Below, piece by piece: positions 22,201-32,195 of a stretch of 64,000 nucleotides of DNA. The stretch is from Octopus vulgaris. Taxonomy: Eukaryota. Made by a program: the position numbers and the translations under genes. Positions within the stretch are counted from its first letter, which is position 1. Every line of letters starts with the position of its first letter. The stretch is taken from positions 53,072,001-53,136,000 of the forward strand of contig OX597831.1 of the NCBI GenBank assembly GCA_951406725.2. The letters run 5' to 3'. Below the pieces are notes generated by a model. The model saw only the letters and a program-made list of their open reading frames with translations, searched no databases and was not told the origin of the DNA.

Positions 22201-25200
22201 GTTGATTCCACTTTGTAGCTTCAGCAAGGGCAAAACTGTAGCAGGAATTTCTTGATGCAATGCTTAGCATTTTTTTCCAATGTTCATCTTCATTTTCAAG
22301 AAACACTTTGAAACTATGTAATGTATTTGACAGATTTTTCACGTTATGCTAGTTGCTGTATTTCCATTTAGTGTTGGAATAAATGTTGCAGTCAATTTTA
22401 TTGATGTTCGTTATCCTGATTTTTATTTATCCAACCTAGCTAAAACCAAAGTCCTAATAAGTAGGAAGGTAGACAAACCACAAACCCCTTCAAGTAGATG
22501 GCCCTGCTTGATCTGGAGAAAAGGCGTAGGTAGAAACTCTATAAGCTGTACCCAGTGTAAGCTATGGACACATAAGAGGTGCAGCAATATCAAAGGAAGG
22601 CTAACTAGGAAGATAGTTTTTGTATGTGGCAGATGCTCAGGAGCAATAAACACTGAAAATGCACAGAGAACAACTTCTGCTATATTCCAGGGAGAAAAAC
22701 TAGAAGTAGTTGATTGCTTCCGTTACCTAGGTGACCAAGTCAGTAGTGGGGGCGGGTGTGCTGAAAGTGTAACTGCTAGAGTAAGAATAGCCTGGGCAAA
22801 GTTCAGAGAGCTCTTACCTCTGCTGGTGACAAAGGGCCTCTCGCTCAGAGTAAAAGGCAGACTGTATGATGCGTGTGCATGAACAGCCATGCTACATGGC
22901 AGTGAAACATGGGCCGTGACTGCTGAGGACATGCGCAAGTTTGCAAGGAATGAAGCCAGTATGCTCCGATGGATGTGTAATGTCAGTGTACATACTCAAC
23001 AGAGTGTAAGTACCTTGAGAGAAAAGTTAGACCTAAGAAGCATCAGTTATGGTGTGCAAGAGAGACGATTGCGCTGGTATGGTCATGTGGCGAGAATGGA
23101 TGAAGATAGCTGTGTGAAAAAGTGCCACACCCTAGCGGTTGAGGGAACCTGTGGAAGAGGTAGACCCAGGAAAACCTGGGATGAGGTGGTGAAGCATGAT
23201 CTTCGAACATTAGGCCTCACAGAGGCAATGACTAGTGACCGAGACCTTTGGAAATATGCTGTGCGTAAGAAGACCCGGCAGAACAAGTGAGACCATAACC
23301 CATGGCCTTTACCAGAATGTAGCCAGCCCACTTATGCATACCTTTGCTTCTTTGGACACAAAACTCTGCTTGCGAAGACCTGTTGAGGCAAGTGAAATCA
23401 AAATTGAAATTGAATTCGAAAATCGAACCAAATTCGTCGATTGGCACCCATGCCAACCTCCCTTCACTGGACACTAAACTCTGCTTGCGAAGACCTGTTG
23501 GGGCAAGTGAAATCGAAATCGAACCAAATTCGATGACTGGCACCCATGCCAGTGGAGCGCTAACAGCTCCATCCAAGCAGGATCACTGCCAGAGCAGCTG
23601 TCTGGCTCGTAAAGAGCACCATTTGAGCGTGATCGTTGTCAGCGTTGCCTCACTAGCACTTGTGCTGGTAGCACGTGAACAAAACATTCGAGCGAGGTTG
23701 TTGCCAATGCTGCTGGACTGACTCTTGTGCAGGTGGCACATAAAAAACACCATTTTCGAGCGTGGCCGTTGCCAGTACCACCAGACTGGCCCTTGTGCTG
23801 GTAGCACTTTAAAAGCACCCACTACACCCTCGGAGTGGTTGGCATTAGGAAGGGCATCCAGCTGTAGAAACTCTGCCAGATCAGATTGGAGCCTGGCACA
23901 GCCATCTGGTTCGCCAGTCCTCAGTCAAATTGTCCAACCCATGCTAGAATGGAAAGCGGACGTTAAATGATGATGATGATATTATATTACCAGGACTTAA
24001 ATCACATTGCATTGCATCATTTAACACGACACTATGCAAAGTGTTTCAGTGTAATTTGCCTGACATTACACCACTGAGTTTCTCCTGCAACACTCATATT
24101 TTCTTCTCCTCCATCTTATTGGTCACATTGGATACATTAGATAGTGCAATTATAGATATAAATAAAATTATGGGATAATCACAACTGGAACATTCTTGAT
24201 AAGTCAGTTTGACAGGGCTGACTCGTGGTTAAACAACAGCAATGAGCTCCATTTTCCTTTAAAAAGAGAAAACTGGAAAAATTATATTACTCACCATGAC
24301 ATCGAAGCATATTCATGCTCTATTTTCATCAGAAAACTGTGAATACAATTTTTCAAATCAGAAATTCTCTGTGTGATTGTATCTAAAGCGGCTTCTAACT
24401 GTTTTTCTTCTCGCTATGAAAATCAAATGAAAAATATTTGTTAAAACATATTTTATGAAACCTTTTTCTTGTCAAAGGAAAGGATAAGAGATATTAAAGG
24501 ATATGTAAATATCCAAATTTGCAAAATAATCTGTTTCCATTCACTATTTTAATATTTGTTTCCTACTTTCTTTATCATCATCATTGCTGAACCTTACGAA
24601 GGAGATGACAGATGACCGAGATATGTGGTACATTGCTGTACTCGAGAAGACCCAGCCATCACAACAGAATTGAGATCCTAGAGCCAAGGTACCACATAAA
24701 AAGCATTGATGCGGATGCTGGTATCACATAAAAAGCACTGGTAATGGTGACATGTAAAAAGCACCCACTACTGTCAGTAAAGTGGTTGGCCTTAGGAAAG
24801 GCATCCAACTATAGACACCAAGCCAAAACAGAATATGGAGCCTGGTGCAGACCCTGGCTTTGCCTGTTACTGTCAATCCATCCAACTCATGCCAGTATGG
24901 AAAATGGACATTAAATACTGATAATAATGATGATCATCATCGTTTTAACATCCACTTTTCTATGCTTGCATGGGTTAGATAGAATTTTGAGAAATTTTCA
25001 ACGGCCAAATGGTTTTCCTGTCACCAACTATTATCTGTTTCCAAGCAAAGAAATATTACTCCATGGTTGTGACATGTTCAGGTAAAATATTGGAAATGAA
25101 TGGCATTCATTTACTGCAATTTTGCAATATCAAGACAAATACACACACCTATGTGTATATATGGTGGGATTCTTTCAGATCTCATCTACTAAATCAACTC

Positions 25201-28200
25201 ATGAGGCTCTGGTTGGCCTGGGGCAATAGGAGAAATTTGTCAAAAGTGTCATGCAGTGGGACTGAATCTAAAATCACGTGGTTGAGAAGCAAACTGCTTA
25301 ACCACACAGCCATGCTGGCATCTTTTTTAGATGGGGAAAAATATTAAAATAGTGAATAAAAACAATACCACATAAATACAAACTTGGCACTTGTTTCATA
25401 TACAATTCCCACTGTATTTTAAAATTTAGAAAGAAATTTCAAATGAAGTTTAAGATAATTGCAAAAAGGTTGAAAATAGCATGTTCTACCTCCAACAATT
25501 TCATTATTTAGTTAATTCAGATGTGACTGCCATCCCTCACATAATTATGCATTGTTGGTGGAAATCTTCAATCCAGATGGTGATAATAGAAAATAAAATT
25601 GTGTCCATGCATACAAACAAAAGCGGGAGGTCCTAATGGCAGTACACTCAAATGAGTAAATAACATACTATCATCATTTTAACATCTACTTTTCTATGCT
25701 CGCATGAGTCAGATGGCATTTGCTGAAGTGAATTTTCTATGACTGGATGCCCTTTCTGTCGCCAACCCTATGTAAGGTAATATTTCTATGTTTCTATGCA
25801 AGGTAATATTGGGTTGTCTGGAAAGTTTGTGCCGATTTATTGTAGCTTACCTTTTGACTTATTTTAGAACAAGGTTGAGTCCATAAAATAGGATTTGACT
25901 ACACCTCCATTTAGAGCACAGTTTAAGCTATCTTTTCGTGGAAGAAGGTTTATGTTCCTATAACCTGTGTTAGTTCTGTAACCCTTTAAAATGAAAGATA
26001 AGAAAGTTCATTTTCAGCACTTGATGCTTTTCTTTTTCTGTAAAGGGAAAAATGTCTCACAAGCAACCAAAGAAATATGCGCAGTTTACAGTGAAGTTTC
26101 TTTATCTGAAAGAACTGCATGGAAGTGGTTCACAAGGTTCTGGGCTGGAGATTGTAGCCTTATTGATAAAGAGCGATCAGGCAGACCATCCTCTACAGAT
26201 GATGACCAAATCAAGTCATTAATTGAGAATAACACACATTGCACAGCCCGAGAATTGGCAGAAAGCCTCAACCTATCAAAATCCGTCATTCATGAGCACC
26301 TGGTAAAACTTGGGTACACAAATCACTACGATGTTTAGGTAACACATGAGTTGAGTGAGAAGAACCTTTTGGATCACATTTCCATCTGTGATTTGCTTTA
26401 TAAACTGAATGAAAACGCGCCTTTTTTAAAGCAAATTGTGACAAGTGATGAGAAATGGATTATCTACCAAAATGTTCAGAGAAAGCGATACTGGAGTAAG
26501 CGACATGAGCCACCCTTAGTCTCCCCAAAAGCAGGTCTTCACTCTAAAAAGGTCTTGCTTTGTGTCTGGTAGGATTGGAAAGGAATTCTGTACTATGAGC
26601 TTCTCCCAAGTAACCAGACAATTAATTCTGAGAAATACTGCACACATCTGGACGAGTTAAAAGTAGCAATTCAAGAGAAACGTCCAGAATTGGCCAACAG
26701 GAAGGGTGTTGTTTTCCAACATGATAATGCAAGACCGCACGTTTCTTTGGGAACCAGACAAAAATTGCTGCAGCTCGGCTGGGATGTGTTACCCCACCCT
26801 CCATATTCACCAGATATTGCTCCTTCGGATTTCCATTTATTCAGGTCTCTGCAGAATAGTCTTAATGGTAAAAATTTCAATTCCTTGGATGACGTAAAAA
26901 AATACCTTGATGAATTATTTGCCATAAAATCACCTCAATTCTGGTAAGAGGGAGACGCATTGTGCAACAAAATGGTTCAAATTTGGTTGATTAAAAAAGT
27001 AATGGCAAGTATTTATTGACCTTTTTCTTTCCTTTGAAAATCTGCACGAACTTTCCGAACAACCCAATATTTCCCCATGACCAAACATGTTTTCACAGAA
27101 GACTGGCAATGAAGGACATCAATTGCATGACTGTGGCACTTGTTGGCAAACAACTATCACGCGAAATCAAGGGAAGGAGACACACATACACGACGGACCT
27201 GTTTCAGTTTTCACCCACCAAATCTACTCACAAGGCTCTGATCGGCCCGGAGCTTTAGTAGAAGACGCTTGCCCAAGGTCCCACGCAGAGGGACTGAGCC
27301 GAGGATCGTGTGATTGAGAAGCAAACAGCCACGTATATATATATATATATATATTCAATCAGACTGAGTTATTGATTATTAAGGTTTGTCTGTAAATGGC
27401 ATGTAAGCTACATTTTAAAGAATATCTGAAATTCTTTGTATTAAGTTTTCGTCAAGAGCAAGCCTCATGAATATTATGTGTACTGCGATAAAGTAAATGT
27501 ACAATTGTTTACCTGTTTCGCTTTATATGATAAAGTTTTAGGAATAGAGAAATTATGTGAGAATATGACGGAAACTGCTTTAGAATTTTATTTAGCTTTA
27601 GAAAGCAAGGGATAATTCGTAAATTGATAACTGGAAGTGACCGCTGACAAATGTAGCGAGATTTCAAGCGGAAATAAAGTTAGTTTACAATTCTACAGGA
27701 GCAAAATACACATTTTAAACTAAAGTATCAAAACAAAATCCAGTTTGTTTCCAGGAATAATGAAAACAAACAAAATTAACCTAAGTCATTATTCAATGTT
27801 GAAATAAATGTCGAAAGTAAACCATTTCAAGTTTTTACCGGATAGAACGAATATTTCTAATTTTTATTGTTTACAATTAATTTTCACGAAAAGAAAATAA
27901 ATACAAATAATTTAACAATAAGATTAACAAATCCGACTTTCCACATGTGTTATGCTACATGGTTTGCATGAACTATCTCGGTTATGTTTTATTTACATCT
28001 ATTTATATATAAATATAAATTGTACTCAGTAAAAATGTTTGTTTTATCATGCAATTTACAAACGATATACTCCAATTCAAAAGTAGAGCTTTATTTTAAA
28101 TTAAACTTTAGCAGATATCGCAGCTTCAATTTTAGTATTGAAAATGTATTAAATTGCAGTGTGTTTATGTCACACATTTATACGCAGCATTGTTAAATAT

Positions 28201-28729
28201 TAGGTTGTCCCAAAAGTTCGTAAACACTTGCGAAAATTGAATTTTTACTCGCCAAGTACTAACAAAAACAACAAAAATTATTCCTCAAAATAAAGACCAT
28301 TATTTTCCAAGACTTTCTACGAACTTTTGGGACAACCTTATAGTAAGTCACATCTAAGATGCGGTAGTCGAAACATTATCTCTAAAGAGTTTTAATAGCA
28401 TTTTCCTTTTAATTTACCATGTATAATAGAGAACTACAGGAACGGATCAACGGAAGTTTATTAATATGAACTGAAAAAATGGTTTTTCAAACGTTTTTTT
28501 TACGACTTTTGAATATAACAGTCATAACTGCTTCAGAAACTTCTCATGGGATCCATATGTAAGCAAAATGATGAATCGGATGAAACGTATTACGGATGTT
28601 TAGATAATTCAACTGGAGTTAGAAAACTGAGAGAAATAATATATATATTTATATATGATAAGATATACTATTAAAGAATCTGAAATAATAAACAAAGATA
28701 ATAATAATGTGAGCAATAATTACCTGCAT
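654..28729 (-). CDS. MED8: Mediator of RNA polymerase II transcription subunit 8, complete 7-exon CDS: complement(join(654..736,1734..1898,2674..2758,18733..18873,21078..21222,24295..24413,28724..28729)), 744 nt, 247 aa
   Basis: The spliced translation [24 protein letters not shown]...[16 protein letters not shown]...[15 protein letters not shown]...[18 protein letters not shown]...KQLNSLNK...[15 protein letters not shown]...[16 protein letters not shown] matches metazoan MED8 motifs from end to end. All introns are GT-AG and the phases join (0,2,0,0,1,1). Confidence 0.97.
1734..1898 (-). CDS. MED8: MED8 exon 6
   Basis: Acceptor ttcag, donor CAG/gtaagt; [35 protein letters not shown]...KPP; phase 1-1. 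Confidence 0.93.
2674..2758 (-). CDS. MED8: MED8 exon 5
   Basis: Acceptor tttttcag, donor gtaagt; [28 protein letters not shown]; phase 0-1. Confidence 0.93.
3396..3773 (+). mobile_element. Tc1/mariner-type non-autonomous element (MITE)
   Basis: 26-bp TIRs CACTACCGTCAGAAATTAATTAGCAC / GTGCTAATTAATTTCTGACGCAAGTG (2 mismatches), with TA on both sides. Confidence 0.85.
3791..4024 (+). repeat. Minisatellite of about 34-35 bp, about 7 diverged copies
   Basis: Approximate unit TGACTCAGACCACAAAGAGCCAACAAATACAGCAT repeated in tandem. Confidence 0.8.
4031..4257 (-). mobile_element. tRNA-derived SINE, family B (core CCTTTCATCCTT...GTCGATAAA...ACCAG)
   Basis: Head GGCGAGCTGGCAGAAACGTTAGC with B-box GAGTTCAAATTCC. 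Further copies at about 4655-5095, 18225-18432, 41068-41383, 43919-44078, 47230-47820 and 61146-61305. Confidence 0.8.
5335..5388 (-). CDS. MED8: Candidate MED8 alternative cassette exon (54 nt, [18 protein letters not shown])
   Basis: Branch-like TACTAAT, U-rich tract, gacag acceptor and AGA/gtgagt donor; phase 0-0 with no stop; lies in the phase-0 intron 4. Confidence 0.6.
5500..5660 (+). mobile_element. Old RTE-X-like LINE fragment
   Basis: Translates YTRLLTRA...[15 protein letters not shown], similar to the intact segment at 46557-46999. Confidence 0.55.
5892..6243 (+). mobile_element. tRNA-derived SINE, family A (full length)
   Basis: A-box TGGCTGTGTGG, B-box GGTTCAGTCCC, CORE-like GGGCAAGT, internal (TG)n and tail TGACTGAAACAAGTAAAAGAG. 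Confidence 0.88.
7310..7790 (+). mobile_element. RTE LINE 3' end
   Basis: [19 protein letters not shown]-terminus plus a 3'UTR ending in (GAT)n; same family as 22432-23980. Confidence 0.8.
7984..10171 (+). mobile_element. Highly decayed mariner element with nested insertions
   Basis: Degenerate TIRs at both ends. Remnants of the transposase N-terminus (HCLLYKF...[10 protein letters not shown]), ELHQKK/VWWN and HPPYS motifs are interrupted by SINEs (about 8260-8620) and LINE fragments (about 9180-9830). Confidence 0.6.
10644..10664 (-). CDS. MED8: Candidate MED8 microexon (21 nt, IQRTSIK)
   Basis: Branch-like CTTAAC, ttatTGCtcag acceptor and AAA/gtgaga donor; phase 0-0 with no stop. Confidence 0.5.
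11234..11254 (-). CDS. MED8: Candidate MED8 microexon (21 nt, PYMLYSQ)
   Basis: About 88 nt without AG upstream, ttcttTGCggcag acceptor and consensus CAG/gtaagt donor; phase 0-0 with no stop. Confidence 0.6.
14132..15008 (+). mobile_element. Mariner transposase pseudogene (TIRs lost)
   Basis: [11 protein letters not shown]..., WVLHAL (WVPHEL-like), DDKKW, HDNARPH and [13 protein letters not shown], with frameshifts and deletions. Confidence 0.9.
15010..15492 (+). mobile_element. RTE-derived 3' element with a 4 x 42-bp tandem repeat
   Basis: GTTGGGCCTCA(T/C)GGAGGCAA at 15054, 15096, 15138 and 15180; ends in (GAT)n. Confidence 0.8.
16235..16825 (+). mobile_element. RTE LINE apurinic endonuclease fragment
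   Basis: [26 protein letters not shown] and SQIDFIL motifs, with stops. Confidence 0.88.
18733..18873 (-). CDS. MED8: MED8 exon 4
   Basis: Acceptor ttttgtag, donor CAG/gtaaga; [47 protein letters not shown]; phase 0-0. Confidence 0.96.
19267..20270 (-). mobile_element. RTE LINE fragments (endonuclease joined to RT C-terminus)
   Basis: Minus-strand [11 protein letters not shown]...[14 protein letters not shown] and SQIDFL motifs; internally deleted. Confidence 0.85.
20342..20885 (+). mobile_element. Two TTAA-type (piggyBac-like) MITE copies
   Basis: Begins TTAACCCTTTAG; body shared with copies at 46010, 52571, about 59990-60167 and 62953. Confidence 0.7.
21078..21222 (-). CDS. MED8: MED8 exon 3
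   Basis: Acceptor ttttccag, donor gtaact; (W)[48 protein letters not shown]; phase 2-0. Confidence 0.96.
22432..23980 (+). mobile_element. Relatively young 5'-truncated RTE LINE (RT 3' part, Zn finger, C-terminus, 3'UTR, (GAT)n tail)
   Basis: NLAKTKVL...FRYLG...AMLHGSETW...[11 protein letters not shown]...GRGRPRKTW; one frame with a single premature stop at 22880-22882. Confidence 0.93.
24295..24413 (-). CDS. MED8: MED8 exon 2
   Basis: Acceptor tttcatag, donor gtgagt; [39 protein letters not shown](W); phase 0-2. Confidence 0.96.
25809..27067 (+). mobile_element. Near full-length mariner (DD34D) element with inactivated transposase (25991 to about 26993)
   Basis: 30-bp TIRs (TTGGGTTGTCTGGAAAGTTTGTGCCGATTT), TA target duplication, TSDEKW and HDNARPH[10 protein letters not shown] with 34-residue D-D spacing. 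Three in-frame stops and a C-terminal deletion. Confidence 0.95.
28200..28340. mobile_element. Mariner-derived MITE, 141 bp
   Basis: 21-bp perfect inverted repeat AGGTTGTCCCAAAAGTTCGTA with TA flanks. Confidence 0.88.
28724..28729 (-). CDS. MED8: MED8 exon 1 coding part (ATG CAG)
   Basis: aaacATGCAG/gtaatt on the minus strand; supplies the MQ of the conserved MQREEKQ N-terminus. Confidence 0.88.
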
Positions 28730-28978
28730 GTTTATCTGTCGGGTAAATAATATCTCTAATAAGTTTGATTACTTCCGGTGTGTTGTAAGAGAGGAGAGTT
28801 CAGCGGATGTTGTTACTGTCATCACATGATTGACAAAATGGATGTCGTCTCAGACGATTCGATGGGTTGAGATATTAAACAGGATTATTTATAAACTACC
28901 TGGGCACAGTTTTGTGTCTCCAGCGAAATTCAGTAAGATAGAAGAAAAAATTAAAAAAGAAAAACAAACTTGCTTACA
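28730..28978. promoter_or_regulatory. Bidirectional promoter and 5'UTRs shared by MED8 and SZT2
   Basis: 249 bp between divergent ATGs with no recognisable transposon. Contains an ETS/GABP-type motif ACTTCCGG (28771-28778) and a YY1-like CAAAATGG (28834-28841); CpGs look more frequent here than in the introns. Confidence 0.8.
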
Positions 28979-29020
28979 ATGGATGAAACAGATGAAGCTA
29001 GAAGCTTTGACGGAGATCAA
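28979..29020 (+). CDS. SZT2: SZT2 exon 1 (MDETDEARSFDGDQ)
   Basis: ATG in acaATGG context, acidic N-terminus, CAA/gtaaca donor; phase 0 joins exon 2. Confidence 0.75.
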
Positions 29021-29266
29021 GTAACAACATTTTTCTCCTCTCTCCCTTATTTTATAACAATTGTTTATTTCGTTACATTCCTCCGCAGCAGAAGGTTGCA
29101 CCATGCCGATACAAGCCTTTTCTGGTGTTTATTCGTCTGTCATAAATATGATAGCTATCTGTTTTGTCCTGCAGACGAAATTAAATTAGAATGTTGTGAT
29201 CACGTTAATGAAATGCTATGTTTTCATTCAACATCATACACACACACACACATGTGAGTGTGTGTG

Positions 29267-29322
<56 letters not shown>

Positions 29323-32159
29323 GACTTGCTAAGTGCTCAGTGGAGTGCAGTGTTCGTGCAAGTAGCATGTCGCTGATAGCATATGTATACATTGACAAAG
29401 TTATGCACGAGACTAAAAGTTGGTCAGTAGTAATGTACTTGTGCTCTAATAGCGTACAACATCGGTTCAATACTTCGTTCTCTCCCTCCCTCTCTCTCTT
29501 TTTTCACTTTGAATGTTTATTTCATACGTTTCTATTTAATGTCTAGTTTGAAAGTCCTTTTTTTAATTAATAAATCGACTTTATACAAGTACTAACGGTC
29601 AAAGAAAGAAGCTCTACGCGATCGTCTTATCTGTTGGAAATAACTGCCAAGTCTCCCTCAAATTACACGATACCGTCTTTAAAACAAAAATTAGATACCA
29701 TGTCTCTCTCTCTATATATATATATATCCATTTTCCGAGAATTCTACAAAATGGTCATGACTTTAATCATAGGTATACTTAGACACTAATGAGTTGGGTT
29801 CAAACAACAACATATACGAACGGGCACTCAGGTTTTTTTTTTAATTGTATTTCGCAAGAGGGAAGTTATATATTACTGGAGAAATTTGATGAATTGATTT
29901 TGCATTTTTCACATTACCTTTATAATTTGATAAAATAACTCATTCACCTTCGCGTGTGACTGTTGCATTGTAAATATACTATGAAAGCTTTTCATTATGA
30001 ACCCTACCTTGTTTATATAAGGTTATCAAAGCCATACGCGTTGACAGTTTCACACACACACATACATAAAAATAGGTTTGCAATTAATACCGTTACGTTC
30101 TCCTTTACGTTTAAACCATGGCATAAAATAACGCATTATTTTTAACTTGTAGAAAAAAAAAAATTCTCTAACTTTTGAATTCATTGCAGACCTCTGGAAA
30201 TTAATCAGCGTATAATTACTACTCGTATCAAAGTAATGGTGGCGTTATCCCTAGTACTTTCATTATTACTATGCTTCTTCGTTTTAATGTTGCCAACTTG
30301 TTGATTAGTCGTAAACTTTGTACATATGTATCTATGTATGTATGTGTGTGTTAAAATTGAATTCGAATGTGCATTATTCTTGTCGCTTCGTAATAGAATT
30401 TGGTGCTGTGGACTCCGTTCGTATCACGGCAGTTCTCAAAACAACAAATATCAGTCTTTTCCCCTCTTCAAAAAAATGTTAGCAAAATCTTTTGGCCACC
30501 CTGCTTTATCAAAGAGAAAACAAAATAAGTCTGCATCCATATAATTCTTTCGTCGCTGTGGTAGTGGACAAGTATAGAGGCTATTTTGATTTTATTAAAC
30601 ACGGTACTTAGTTTGCCGTCCCTTTTATTTTTCGATCTTCACTGTCTCCACCCCCTAAGTATATCTTCACCAATCGTATGACCCCTTTCTCAAAGTCATT
30701 CATCCTTTAGAATGTGCTTGTTTGTTATTGTAGCTACATGGCGTCGTATATTGAAATACCCCTTGTTGTAGGTATTTTACTGCATGGGCACCTGTGATGC
30801 AAAGAAGCAATAAATAACTCACTGATTGTGCTAATAGTTACTATTATACTCATCCATTCAACACATATTTTGACTATGAGGGTATATCTAGAAGTATTGT
30901 TTGAAATAAAATATTTGGCCCTGATCCAGCAGATTTATGATCAAGTGCATTCCAACCGTGGCCACCCGATTTTCCCTAGGTGCTGGGGAAATCATAACCT
31001 TATTAAATTTGTACTTCTTTTCTAAGACGGTAGAATGTGAGTTGATGGAGATTTCACTGGCATTTTTAGCAGTTCGATCGACCACGTAAAAGCTTCTTCG
31101 CTGGCTGACAATTGGCTCTTAGAACGGAGGTCTGTTTGCGAGATGTCTTGGAAATCTAAATCTTCTGTACATTAGTATTTATCTCTTATGATATTTATTT
31201 ATAAAAGTTTTTGTAAGAGGTGTGGGAGTGGCTGTGTGGTAAGTAGCTTGCTTATCAACCACATGGTTGGTATAAACTGTGTGGCACCTTGGGCAAGTGT
31301 CTTCTACTATAGCCTTGGGCCAACCAAAGCCTTGTGAGTGGATTTGGTAGACGGAAACTGAAAGAAGCCTGTATGTATGTATATATGTATGTGTGTGTAT
31401 ATGTTTGTGTGTCTGTGCCCCCCCCCAACATCGCTTGACAACCAATGCTGGTTACTTAGCGGTTCAGCAAAAGAGACCGATAGAATAAGTACGAGGCTTA
31501 CAAAGAATAAGTCCTGGGGTCGATTTGCTCGACTAAAGGCGGTGCTCCAGCATGGCCACAGTCAAATGACTGAAACAGGTAAAAGAGTAAAGAAAGGTGC
31601 GTTGTATACCGTAGCTTTCATGGATAGCATTAAAAATAGAGAGATACGAACTTTCTTGGGTAGTAACTGTAGCTTATCCTCTAGTAAAACATATACGATA
31701 TATTTCAAACAAAACACTCGTTAGTTTCAGTGTTCCCGCTGTCTTTTTCAAGGAAACTCTCACAGAGCTGGTGGAATACGAGCTATCTATTCTTTCAGGA
31801 GATACAGAGAAAGAAATTTTGGCAGTTGTAGTTCATACTATTATTGATACAGTAAGAGACATGCAACTAGTGACACTTTTTTTTTTTACACATACTATGT
31901 AGATACTTACTATTGTAGACACTATACACGAGAATATTTTGATACGTTCTCTTAGTCTAGAAAGGTCTAAAGCTTGGACGTTAATCAAATATACGTAATC
32001 TTGTTCTTTGTATTGAAAATTTATCAATTTAGTTCCAGTTTTATTTATTTATTTTTTTTTATCTTTCTATCAAGAGGTGTATATAAATCTGTTTACAGTT
32101 TAGTTTTGAAAAAAAAGTTTGACTGAAGGTCGCTTTCATATGTAAATGAATACCAGAAT

Positions 32160-32195
<36 letters not shown>

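Noticed and set aside
27513-27520. 8-nt exon-like unit (aag|CGAAACAG|gtaaac) in MED8 intron 1
   Set aside because: Weak acceptor and frame-shifting length; exon 1 joins exon 2 correctly without it.
28568-28630. C-box/D-box-like pair (ATGATGA...CTGA)
   Set aside because: Antisense to the host intron, with no terminal stem and no recognisable guide sequence.
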